53,087 bases of DNA from Chiloscyllium plagiosum (taxonomy: Eukaryota), in the NCBI RefSeq assembly GCF_004010195.1, contig NC_057720.1, forward strand, positions 11,309,039 through 11,362,125, given 5' to 3'. Positions 24,699 through 35,048 of the stretch are shown here, one piece after another. The notes beneath the pieces are model-generated. The model ran no database searches and was not told where the DNA came from. It was given only the letters and a program-made list of their open reading frames with translations. The position numbers were made by a program, and so were the translations under genes. Numbering within the stretch: the first letter of the stretch is position 1; the number at the start of each line of letters is the position of its first letter.

Positions 24699-25527
24699 AG
24701 AGTTTTGGTGAGAGGGTGGGTAAGTGGAACCGAGTATATGAAAAGGTCAGCCATGATCTTATTAAATGGCGCAGCTGGCTTGATGGGCCAGATAGCCGAC
24801 TCCTGCTCCTGTTTCTCATGTTCTGGGTGCAGTGATAGTGTCTGTATCTCTGGGCCAGGATGCCTGGGATCACATCTCAGAGCAAGCTCAAAGGGCTGAA
24901 TGGCCTATTTCTGCTCTTATGTTTGAAGTGCCATTTGCTCCAGAGTATTGTCATAATGTATTTGAACAGCTTGATTAAAGATATCTACCACTTGCTGGGT
25001 ACTTTCAACAGAGATAGCAATATGACCCCATTTGGAGGTACTACTTTGGCTCTATCTTGCTTGTTGGCACCTCAGTTAGATCAACCCTTAAGTTTAAGTC
25101 AAGGGATTATAAACCTGTTCACTGCAGCCTGTGTTCAGAAAGATTAGTGTATCCTTACTGAACTGCAATGCCCAGAACTGTGTGCAACACAGTGAATGGG
25201 TCCGAATCAGATCTCTGCACAGCTAGAATGTAACGCCCACAGCTCTGAGCCCAAAATGCTCACTTCATTTTTTCTCTGACTGTGTATATGTCTGATTATA
25301 GTCTTGCACGGTGCTTTTTTTTCCTCCTTGTTTCTAAAATGTTATTCCAAAGACACTGCAGGCTGCAAACTGACAGACGTTGAGAGCTGAGGATAAATAA
25401 TTCAAACAGCCTGTCAAAAGTTGTGACATTTTCCATCGCCTGCCTGAGAGTACTTTATGAGGTGGGTTTGAAGATATGCTAACAGGCAATTGTTTTAAAG
25501 TGTTCTCTCCTGTTCTTGCTCTAACAG

Positions 25528-25635
25528 GATGCAGTCAGGTACTTACCTGAGCACTGGCTGGTTCACACTCCTGCTGGCCATGGATGTCTGCCAGAAAATC
25601 CATATCTTTGGAATGATTAATGATACCTACTGCAG
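25528..25635 (+). CDS. ST6GALNAC3: Penultimate coding exon (108 bp, phase 2/2) of an ST6GALNAC3-like alpha-N-acetylgalactosaminide alpha-2,6-sialyltransferase; contains sialylmotif S
   Basis: Acceptor 'tgttcttgctctaacag' and donor 'AG|gtaaga'. Translation (R)MQSGTYLSTGWFTLLLAMDVCQKIHIFGMINDTYC(R) closely matches the GT29 sialylmotif S region of vertebrate ST6GALNAC3 as I recall it (RVQSGSYLSTGWFTFLLAMDAC..IHVYGMINDTYCK). Confidence 0.93.
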
Positions 25636-26229
25636 GTAAGATGGGCCAAAATAGATCTTTTTTTCCCTGTTATAGGGGAGGAACAGGGGGCTTTCAAAAC
25701 TAGGGCCTATCACTGAAGGATCAGCACTATAGAGTCATAGAACCATATAGCAAAGTCCAACTCGCCCATGCCGACCACATTTCCCAAACTAAACTCGTCC
25801 CACTTGCCAGTGTTTGGCCCATAGCCTTCCAAATCTTTCCTATTCATGTCACTGTCCAAATATCTGTCTCCATTCAGTCCCACACTCGGGCCTGAGCTGA
25901 ACAGCCAAATCAGAAATTGCTGGAAAAGCTCAGCAGATCTCGCAGCATCTCTGGAGAGAAATTAGGTCGAATAAAACTTCCCCATACCTCTCCTGAGTTC
26001 AACAATCTAGCTGATGCTCCACTGGCAGCGTCAATGGAGTGCTGCACTGTCAGAGGTACCATCTTTCCAATCTGATAGTAAGTCCACGTGCCATGTCCAT
26101 CTCGGGGAGACTCAAAGATCTCTTGGCTCAGCTGTGAAATAGAACAACATTTGTCCCTCAATTCATATCATAAAAGGGATTAAAATGAAAATACAGAACT
26201 GCGGGTAGTGGAAATCTGAAACAAAAGCA

Positions 26230-26755
26230 GCGTGCAATTCTGGTCTCCTTCCTATCAGAAAGATGTTGTGAAACTTGAAAGGGTTCACAAAAAATTTACA
26301 AGGATGTTGCCAGGGTTGGAGGAGAGGCTGAACAAGCTGGGGCTGTTTTCCCTGGAGCGTCGGAGGCTGAAGGGTGACCTTATAGAGGTTTAAAAAAAAT
26401 TATCAGGGGCATGGATAGGATAAATAGACAAAGTCTTTTCCCTGGGATCGGGGAGTCCAGAACTAGAGGGCATAGGTTTAGGGTGAGAGGGGAAAGATAT
26501 AAAAGAGAACTACGGGACAACTTTTTCACACAGAGGGTGGTACGTGTATGGAATGAGCTGCCAGCGGAAGTGGTGGAGGCTGGTACAATTGCAACATTTA
26601 AGAGGCATTTGGATGGGTATATGAATAGGAAGGGTTTGGAGGGATATGGGCCGGATGCTGGCAGGTGGGACTAGATTGGGTTGGGATACCTGGTCGGCAT
26701 GAACGGGTTGGACCGAAGGGTCTGTTTCCATGTTGTACATCTCTATGACTCTAAT
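26230..26755 (+). mobile_element. CR1/HER1 LINE 3' fragment (intronic)
   Basis: MDRINRQSLFP...FFTQRVVRVWNELP motif plus 3' tail. Confidence 0.9.
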
Positions 26756-27187
26756 ATCTGGCAGGATTTGTATGGAGTGACCCCCAGGATATTCCAGACT
26801 ATGGAGGTTCATGTGGAGTAGAAATACCCACATTGTTCAGTTGGGCTGAATTGAACCTGTTTATGTGCTTTGAAGGTTATTTAATTGATTGAAGGCCATC
26901 TATGAAGGGAAGGATGGGATCAGAGCGGGAGACACCCACAGCAGGTATACTGACTTTGCAACAATCTAGATCTGGATGTTCTGATGATAAAATGATAGAA
27001 GCTATTTGTATGTCACCCTTTCTGAGCCTAGAATGTTCCAGCCTGCTCACTATCAGTAAAGTGAAGCTACTTTGACAGGAAGTGCAGAAGTCAATTGACA
27101 GTTTAACAAAATTGTCAAAATTCTAACTGGAGGAGACCAACACCAGATATCATGGTTTAAGGATACGATAAGGATTTGGAAGAGGAG

Positions 27188-28014
27188 AAGGACAGAACGC
27201 CCCTAGTCCTCACCTTCCACCCCACAATCTTTGGTACATCACATCATCCTCTGCCATTTCCGCCACCTACAAATGGACCCCACCACCAGAGATATATTTC
27301 CCTCCTCACCCCTATCTGCTTTCCGTAAAGACCGTTCCCTCCACCACGACTATCTGGTCTGGTCCACGCCCCCGAACAGCCCACTCTCCCCTCACGGCAG
27401 CTTCCCTGCCACCGCAGGAATTGCAAAACCTGAGCCCACACCTCCCCTCTCACCACTGTCCAAAGCCTCAAAGGAGCCTTCCACATCCATCAAAGTTTCA
27501 CCTGCATTTCCACAAAATGTCATTTACTGTATCCGTTGCTCCCGATACAGTCTCCTCTACACTGGGGAGACAGGATGCCTACTCGCAGAGCACTTTAGAG
27601 AACATCTCCGGGATACCTGCACCAACCAACCTCAACGCACCATGGCTGAACACTTTAACTCTCCCTCCCACTCCGCCAAGGACATGCAGGACCTGAGCCT
27701 CCTCAATCACCGCTCCCTCACCACCTGATGCCTGGAGGAAGAACGCCTTATCTTCCGCCTCAGAACCCTTCAACCCCATGGCATTAATGTGGATTTCACC
27801 AGTTTTCTCATTTCCCTCCACCTTACCCAGTTCCAACCATCCAGCTTAGCACCGTCCACATGACCTGTCCCACCTGTCCATCTTCCTTCCCACCTATCCA
27901 CTCCATCCTCCTTTCCATCGTTTCACCTGCTCCTCGGATGCTGCCTGTCCTGCTGTGCTTTTCCAGCACCACACTCTTGACTCTAACCTCCAGCATCTGC
28001 AATTCCATCTTTCA
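27188..28014 (+). mobile_element. Penelope-like retroelement 3' fragment (degenerate GIY-YIG endonuclease plus terminal repeat), nested in a CR1
   Basis: KDRTPLVLTFHPT linker, NVIYCIRCSRxxLLYTGETGxLLAEHFREHL GIY-YIG-type motif, EEERLIFRLxTLQPHGINVDF C-terminus, and a family A terminus at 27926-28014. Confidence 0.88.
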
Positions 28015-28437
28015 CTGAGAGGAGCTGTTTCTTCACCCAGAGAGAGGTGAGCTTGTGGAAACCTTTACCACAGAAAGAAGTTGAGGCCAAAACATTGAAG
28101 ATTTTCATGAGGAGTTAGATATCGTTCTTAGGGCTTAGGGCATCAAAGGATATAGGAAAAAGCAGCAATCGAGTACTGAGTTGGATGATTATCCATGATT
28201 ATATTGAATGATGCAGCAGGCTCAAAGGGCTGAATGGCCTACTCCTTTTCCTACTTTTTTTGTTTCTGTGACATACAATAAGGTGCCAATGACAGCAGTG
28301 TTTTAACAGATTGGTTTTGTGAGGTTGGGGGAGGGGTAAATATTGGTCCAGACACTGGAGCAAGATGGCCTTGCCCTTTTTCGTCAAAGTCCCATGGAAT
28401 ATTTTACCAAGGAGGGAAATCAGGGCCTTGTTTCAAC

Positions 28438-28746
28438 ATTAGAATACTTTACAGTGTGGAAACAGGTCCTTCGGCCCAACAAGTCCACACCGACCCGCCG
28501 AAGCGCAACCCACCCATATCCCTACATTTACCCCTTACCTAACACTACGGACAATTTAGCATGGCCAATTCACCTAACCTGCACATCTTTGGACTGTGGG
28601 AGGAAACCGGAGCACCCGGAGGAAACCCACACAGACACGGGGATTATGTGCAAACTCCACACAGTCAGTCGCCTGAGGCAAGAATTGAACTCGGGTCTTT
28701 GGCGCTGTGAGGCAGCAGTGCTAACCACTGTGCCACCTTGCCGCCC
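28438..28746 (-). mobile_element. Full-length HE1 SINE (intronic)
   Basis: Same architecture as the 10570-10877 copy. Confidence 0.92.
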
Positions 28747-30207
28747 ACAACAATACAATATCTTTTGGATGGAGATATTACATGGGGTTTTACTGTCCTT
28801 GTTGTCAAATCTATGGCATCACCCTTCCCTCTCCACCCTAAAGTTACCCAAGCTGCTTTAATTCTGACCATGAATGAATCTTCAGATGTTTTCCTAATCA
28901 ACCTGCTCAGAGATGTTGTTGTATACTGCTGGGGGGGTGTTGAACTTGGACCTGACCCTCCTGGCCCAGAGGTAGAGAGGCTACCACTATGCCACAAGGA
29001 CCATATAAGCGAATCTCCAATCTACATCAACCCAACATTGTCAGCTGTACCTTCAGCTATCTCAGGTCTAAGCTCTAGTCTTCCCGTCCTATTTCCCTCT
29101 CCTCACATCTATCCTCCTTTAGGATGCTCCCGAATGTTGACTGAGATTACCATGAAGGATTCTCCTTCTTAACCTCACCCCTTGCCTGAGCTTAAACCCA
29201 TCCCCTCTATTGAAAGAGCATCCCTCTGCTCCTCTGAGACAATGAAAACTTTACCTTTAATGACTAACTCTTTCCTGTCTTTAGGAACATTTGCCTTAGT
29301 GTCTCCTTATGCAACTCCATGTCAAATTTTATCCAAGTCTCTGAAGTACTTTTGGGCAGTTTACTATATTCTAAAAGCACTACTTAAATGCAAGTTGCTG
29401 TTATAGCAAGTGTTGGAAAAAGTCTGGTCTGAAAACACTTGCCAGAAATGCAGATATGCAGGAACTGAGGAATCATAATTAAGTATCAGCACCCATTATA
29501 ATCAATGTAAGAAATGACAAGGGTATTGACAGTGAACTATACAGTCTCCTGATACTATGGATCATTATATGTCAAATAAAATGGTAACAAACACATTTAT
29601 TTGTTCTCAAGATCAGTAATAATCTGGTTACTTGAACATGTTGCTCACTTTTTTTAAGTATGTAAACAATGACAATGAATTTTCTAACAATCAGCAATGG
29701 TTTGTTGGTATCGCTATATCCTTACATCAGGATTCTTTAACTGAATTCACATTCCACCATCTGGGACATGAACCGGGTACCCAGAACATTAGCTGAGTTT
29801 CTGATTTATGAGTGATCGTAACACTAGGCCATCCCCTCCCCAAAGTGCAGCTCCCAACTCTTGATCCACTGTCCCAGATCATTAGCTGACAAGAGCTGTC
29901 CTAACACTGATAATGAAGAGAGACTGAGGAACCCACCACAATGCTTTGCATGAGAAATGGTTCCGAAATACATAAACCATTGCTGAATGTTCGACTAACA
30001 GTACATTGCGATAGCATCGACTGTCCTAACTCACAGCCACATTCACTTGGGGCCAATGGACTTGTTTTCAGGAGCAGAAATACCCCTTACCCTGGGATCA
30101 CAAGCCAATACTACCAACTTGGCTGAGACCACGGAAACCTCCTGGTCTGTAAGCTACTGGGTTGACCTACTGCTGCCTTAAGAGAAACCTTAAGAACAGC
30201 AAGCAAA

Positions 30208-30535
30208 TGGTAGCCAGTGGCTTAGTGGTATTATAGCTGCATGGTTAATCAAGAGACCCAGGTAATGTTCTGGTAGACCTGGGTTCGAATCCAGCCATTG
30301 TAGATGGTGGAATTTGAGTTTCATTAAAGAATACGGACTTCAGGAGTCTAATGATGACCATGAATCCACTGGGGAAGAACCCATCTGGTTCACAAATGCC
30401 CTTTCTTACCTGGTCTGGGATATAGGCCCATGGCAATGTGGTTGACTCTGAACTACCCTCGGGGCAAATGGGGATGGGCAATAAATGTTGGCTTAGCCAG
30501 AGACACTCACATCATGTAAATGAGTGAAAGAAAAG
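30208..30535 (+). mobile_element. Older tRNA-derived SINE (non-HE1)
   Basis: Box A 'agtggcttagtggta', box B 'gggttcgaatcc', and a 3' 'ggcaataaatg..ggc..agccag' tail similar to other old repeats in the window. Confidence 0.6.
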
Positions 30536-31059
30536 AATGGGTAGTGAAGATTGTCACTGGAATGAGTTAGGGAACTTATTATTGTTGGGTTTCTGCACCT
30601 TTACAAAAACTTACACTCAAATATCATACCATCACGCTCGGAGTTAAAATGAATCAGTCAGCCTTTATCCCTTTTGTTAAAGCTTCACGTTTTGGCTGAT
30701 GGCTGTTGCATAGGAGTTTGTTTCACGTGCCTTCAAGGCAGGACATTGAGCTCAACACTGCCCCACGCCATGGTATATAACTCTCACACACTGCTGTGGG
30801 AGCGGCCCATTGAACAAGGTACTATCCTTTAGCTGGAGTATTAAATTGAGGGTGAGAAAAGAATGTTGTTCCTTGCTGTTTGTGGACAGTGCATTGTCTG
30901 TGAAAATGTTTCCTCTGGTTTGCCGTTCCATGAAACTATTTAAGGTGGTTCCCATCCAGTTTGTTACTGTAACTCTCCTTTTGAGAGGTCTGATAATGCA
31001 CATGTATTGGGGATAGGTTTGCTTATGAGTCAAAACCTTGTGAAACTCAACTCCCGGTC

Positions 31060-31651
31060 TAGAAGCCTGAGCACATAATCCAGGTTCCCATTCCAGTGCA
31101 GTATTGAGCGGGCCTCACACTGTTGCACATTCTATTTTTCACAACATGCATTACAATAAGAGACATTAAAACAGGGCGAAAGTGAGGACTGCAAATGCTA
31201 GAGATCAGAGTCTAGATCAGAGTGGTGCTGGAAAAGCACAGCAGGTCAGGCAGCATCCGAGGAGCAGGAAAATCGATGATTCGGGCAAAAGCCCTTCATC
31301 AGGAATGATGAAGGGCTTTTGCCCAAAACATCGATTTTCCTGCTCCTCGGATGCTGCTTGACCTGCAGTGCTTTTCCAGCACCACTTTAATCAAGACATT
31401 AAAATAATGCCCTATTTGTCCTTTTAGATGGATGTAAGTCATCTCTTGACGCTGTATTTTGAAGAACAGCAGAAGAGATCTCTCTGACTCATATTTATCC
31501 CTTGAGCAAACTCACTAAAGGACATTATCTCATTGGTCAATGTGGAATCTAGCTGTGGGCAAATTAGATGCAGTGTTTCCAACATTTCAGCCATGTCTAC
31601 TCTTCAGAAATACTTCACTGGCGATAAAAAAATTCTTGGATATTCTTAAGG
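31060..31651 (+). mobile_element. Degenerate Deu-domain SINE (SacSINE/DeuSINE-like) interrupted by a PLE palindrome
   Basis: 'tgagcacataatccagg...ccagtgcagtattgag' Deu-like core and '...gctgtgggcaaatt...cttcagaaatacttcactggc' tail; family name from recalled consensus. Confidence 0.55.
31172..31393. mobile_element. Palindromic PLE-terminus element (family A) with 11-bp TSD agacattaaaa
   Basis: TSD at 31161-31171 and 31394-31404; imperfect inverted arms of about 80 bp meeting at 'tcatcaggaatgatga'. Confidence 0.88.
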
Positions 31652-32149
31652 CACACAATGTTTCGCTTTTCCAGTGAGTATAAACCTTAGAAACATTTAT
31701 AGCCGGGAGTGTGGTGCTGGAAAAGCATGGCAGATCAGGCAGCATCCAAAGAACAGGAGAATCAATGTTTCGGGCATAAGTCCTTCATCAGGAATGATGA
31801 AGGGCTTATGCCCAAAACATTAATTCTCCCGCTCATTGGATGCTCCTTGACCTGCTGTGCTTTTCCAGCACCACACCCTCGACTCTGATCTCCAGCATCT
31901 GCTGTCCTCACTTTCTCTTAGAAACATTTATAGGCAACACCAAGGTTTTGAATATTGCTGAAAAACTTTTGTTGAATCCTTTCACTTTGCACTCATCAGG
32001 ACACTTTGCAAGAACTGCCAATGTACAAGGAAAGCAACATTTCTGCACCACAATTTCTGCACCTTAAGAATATCCAAGACTTTTTTATCGCCAGCGAAGT
32101 ATTTCTGAAGAGTAGACATGGCTGAAATGTTGGAAACACTGCATCTAAT
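31563..32149. repeat. Near-perfect inverted repeat of about 88 bp (31563-31651 / 32062-32149)
   Basis: attagatgcagtgtttccaacatttcagccatgtctactcttcagaaatacttc...tcttggatattcttaagg and its reverse complement differ at about 3 positions. Confidence 0.92.
31703..31916. mobile_element. Palindromic PLE-terminus element (family A) with 17-bp TSD cttagaaacatttatag
   Basis: TSD at 31686-31702 and 31917-31933; inverted arms meeting at 'tcatcaggaatgatga'. Confidence 0.88.
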
Positions 32150-32486
32150 AGGAGGATTGTCAGTCATGGTCTAATGATCTCTATGACGACACTGCCACCA
32201 ATCAGACTCCACTTACCACCATTCAGCACTCTCCTCTTATACTGCTAAAATGTTGTTTTCCTTTTGCAAATTGTCTTGATGAGTACACAATGCATCTACA
32301 AAATGAATCTTTTTCTCTGTGATACTCAAATTCTACATGAGCTAACAGTTAGTTGCATATCTTGCTGTCCCCTTAAAGACCAACTTTGTTTTCTGACTTT
32401 AAAGCTGCTGAGATTGTGATAAAGCAAGGCTGGAAGCAATGCAATCAAAAAAATGTCATTGACGACTTGTTTTTCTGATTTCACAG

Positions 32487-32688
32487 AGCTGAAGGGCGTA
32501 AGAAAGTTCCTTATCATTACTATGAAGCTGGGAGTCAAGATGAGTGTGAGAAGTATGCCATTCACGAAAATGCCCTCCGTGGAGGTCACCGATTTATTAC
32601 TGAGAAGGCCGTCTTTGCAAAGTGGGCCAAGACTCACAACATAACCTTCTCACACCCAGCCAGTATCTATCCTGAATCAGGCTCTTAG
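32487..32688 (+). CDS. ST6GALNAC3: Terminal coding exon of the ST6GALNAC3-like sialyltransferase; motif III (HYYE), sialylmotif VS (HRFITE), TAG stop
   Basis: Acceptor 'ttgtttttctgatttcacag'. Phase is compatible with the upstream exon (AG+A = Arg). Translation AEGRKKVPYHYYEAGSQDECEKYAIHENALRGGHRFITEKAVFAKWAKTHNITFSHPASIYPESGS* matches the ST6GALNAC3 C-terminus (VPYHYYE..DEC..Y..HE...GGHRFITEK.VFAKWAK). Confidence 0.93.
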
Positions 32689-32901
32689 ATTGCTGGACCA
32701 CACCAACAGCACAGAGAGAACAAGGTCATTGTCGCTCCATTATATTCACTGTGGAATCATTTCTCCTTCTATTGTCTGTCTGAGGACCGCATAAGGTTTC
32801 ACACACACCTGAACAAACCCTTTACAGCTGTCATGAAAGGAAGAGGAAAGAAAGCCAGCAACCATTATAAGTATTCATTTTTCACTGCTATGGTGCTGTA
32901 T

Positions 32902-32907
32902 ATTAAA
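32902..32907 (+). promoter_or_regulatory. Possible polyadenylation signal (ATTAAA) for the sialyltransferase 3' UTR
   Basis: First PAS-like hexamer I noticed, about 215 nt after the stop codon; no transcript evidence. Confidence 0.25.
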
Positions 32908-33679
32908 GAGAAGCACTTTAAGTATTGACATCACTGCATCCAACAAAGTTTAAATTACACTCTGTGTTTTAAATGTGATGTAGATGATCAATATGATGGA
33001 GGACTCAGATAGACATGAGCCTTTTAAGCTTGACACCTCAACTCTGAGCCAGCTCAGGAAATTGGAGGTTTCCTCATGGTAATGTTGCTACGTGAATTAA
33101 ATTACAATGTACCAGAATCGAGTTCTACTGAGCAGCACATTGATAAGGGGGGCAGTCTCTAATTGATCATCATATCAGTGTGACAGGCTACGAGCTGGAT
33201 ATTCTGTGATGCACCTCTCTAATTCTCCAGAAGTCTGTCCAGCATTAACAAGGCGCAAGTCAGGAGTTTGATGGAATACTCCCAACTTCTTTAATAAGTG
33301 CAACTCCAACAACACTCAAGCTTGACAAAATATAGGACAAAGCAACCTGTTTGATTGGACTACTGCCCAGCAACTTAAACATTCACTCTCTTTACCACCG
33401 ATGCTCAGGATCTCCATCTGCAAGCTGCAACAACTTGTCAAGGCATTTATTTTGACAAACTCATGTACTCTAATACCTAGAAAGATGAGGACAGTGGATA
33501 CATTAGCCATCACTTGCACGCTCTCTTCCAACTCACACACCATCCTGATTTGGAAATCTATTGTTATTCCTTAACCATCAATGTGTCAAAGTTCTGCAAC
33601 TCCCTTCCCAACAGCACTGTGGGTCTACCTACACCACATGAGCTGCAGTGGTTCAAGAAGGGACCTTATTAGTTTTGGA

Positions 33680-33770
33680 AAGTTGAGGTTGAAACTTTAT
33701 TGCTGGAACAGCACAGCAGGTCAGGCAGCATCCAGGGAACAGGAGATTCGACGTTTCGGGCACAGGCCCA
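33680..33770 (-). mobile_element. PLE terminal fragment, nearly identical to the left arm of the 36938 element
   Basis: 'gttgaaactttattgctggaacagcacagcaggtcaggcagcatccagggaacaggagattcgacgtttcgggcacaggccc'. Confidence 0.85.
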
Positions 33771-34904
33771 TTTCACATAATAGAAATAACAGCTGAACCA
33801 AGTTGCAAAAGGAAGACTTTCAGGTTAAATATTCAGGGGTCAGTACCTTATAGTACAACTTCTTTCTGGGGGAAAAAAATTAGGCATTGACTCTGATTTA
33901 TTATATTGATGTAATCTGTTTATTACAAATTGTCAAATATTTACACACATCATGTGGATACTTTGAACAGCAGACAGCACTGATCTTCCCTCAGCACTGC
34001 CGAGGACTGTGAGCCCAGATTATGATCCACAGTTTTTGCCAAGTTGGGCCAACTTGGGAGATCTTTGAAAAGGCAGGAAGATTCCCATTCTCATTTTTAT
34101 TTCCAGAAATTTGTGTAAGTAATGGTGCATATAGCTCAACCCGATCCTTTCCAGATTCATTACAGGAGTAGGCAATTGAAAACTCCCACCCACCTTTGAA
34201 ATGTTATGGAGTCATGTTACTTCAGATGTCAACATGTTTCATGCCACCCCTGAAGAGTTGTGAATCATGGGACAATCCCATTTACAAGTGGGGAACCAAA
34301 AAGGAAGTCGCCTGATTCTAGATTTCTTTGACTGACAGACTACTTGCTTTGAAATAGAGAGTAAAGTCTATTCTTTGTGTTTTAATAGGCTGCACTGAAG
34401 CAGTGGTGGTTCAGTTTGACAGCTGAGACTGTTATGAATGCTGCTTGGCTGAGTTTAAAAATCTGAGGAATTTGTCACAGTTTATGTGAACAGTTGACTG
34501 TTTTATGAGCTTATTAAAGGATTATCTATCTTTGATGTGGTCACTGAATTTTTTTTCAACAAAATGATCACTTAAGGGTATTTGCATTTTTTCATTGGGT
34601 CTGGAGTGTTTCTTAGTGTGAAGTGTATTTAAATGACAACTCCATTCAATCATTAGAAGTTTGTTTCCCATGTCCATTTTTATGTTCCAAATTCCACGTC
34701 CCATTCCCACAACTTCTAATTTCCTTGTGTTGTAAGCAACCATCTACCCCTACTTTAAAAAATTAAATGACCAGTGCCTTCTGAGGAAGAGAGTTCCAAG
34801 ATTGCACAGCCCTTTCAGAAAAAAAAAATCATCTGTCCTAAAAGGGTGCCCCATTATTTTAAAACAGTGTCCCACAGTTCACTTGTATCATCACCAAGAC
34901 CTTC

Positions 34905-35048
34905 TCTCCAAGGCCCCAAAGGAAACTTCCATATCCTCCACAGATTCACCTGCACCTCCACCCACATTATCTACTGCATCCGCTGCAGCCGGTGTGGCCT
35001 CCTCTATATTGGGGAGACAGGCCGCCTACTTGCGGAGCGATTCAGAGA
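34905..35048 (+). mobile_element. Isolated PLE GIY-YIG endonuclease fragment
   Basis: LQGPKGNFHILHRFTCTSTHIIYCIRCSRCGLLYIGETGRLLAERFRE. Confidence 0.85.

Larger units (their letters stand above)
25528..32688 (+). other. ST6GALNAC3: Span of the partial ST6GALNAC3-like gene (last two coding exons plus 6.85-kb GT-AG intron 25636-32486)
   Basis: The two exons join in frame with canonical splice sites. No upstream exon (sialylmotif L, CAIVSNSG-type) was found in the window. Confidence 0.88.

Noticed and set aside
15204..25527. Sialylmotif-L exon of the sialyltransferase
   Set aside because: No CAIVSNSG/RMNxAP-type frame was found by eye or in the ORF track; the exon must lie outside the window, in the gap or on another contig.
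34039..34057. ccaagttgg-g-ccaacttgg palindrome
   Set aside because: A 9-bp arm without supporting context is too short to distinguish from chance or a small repair scar.
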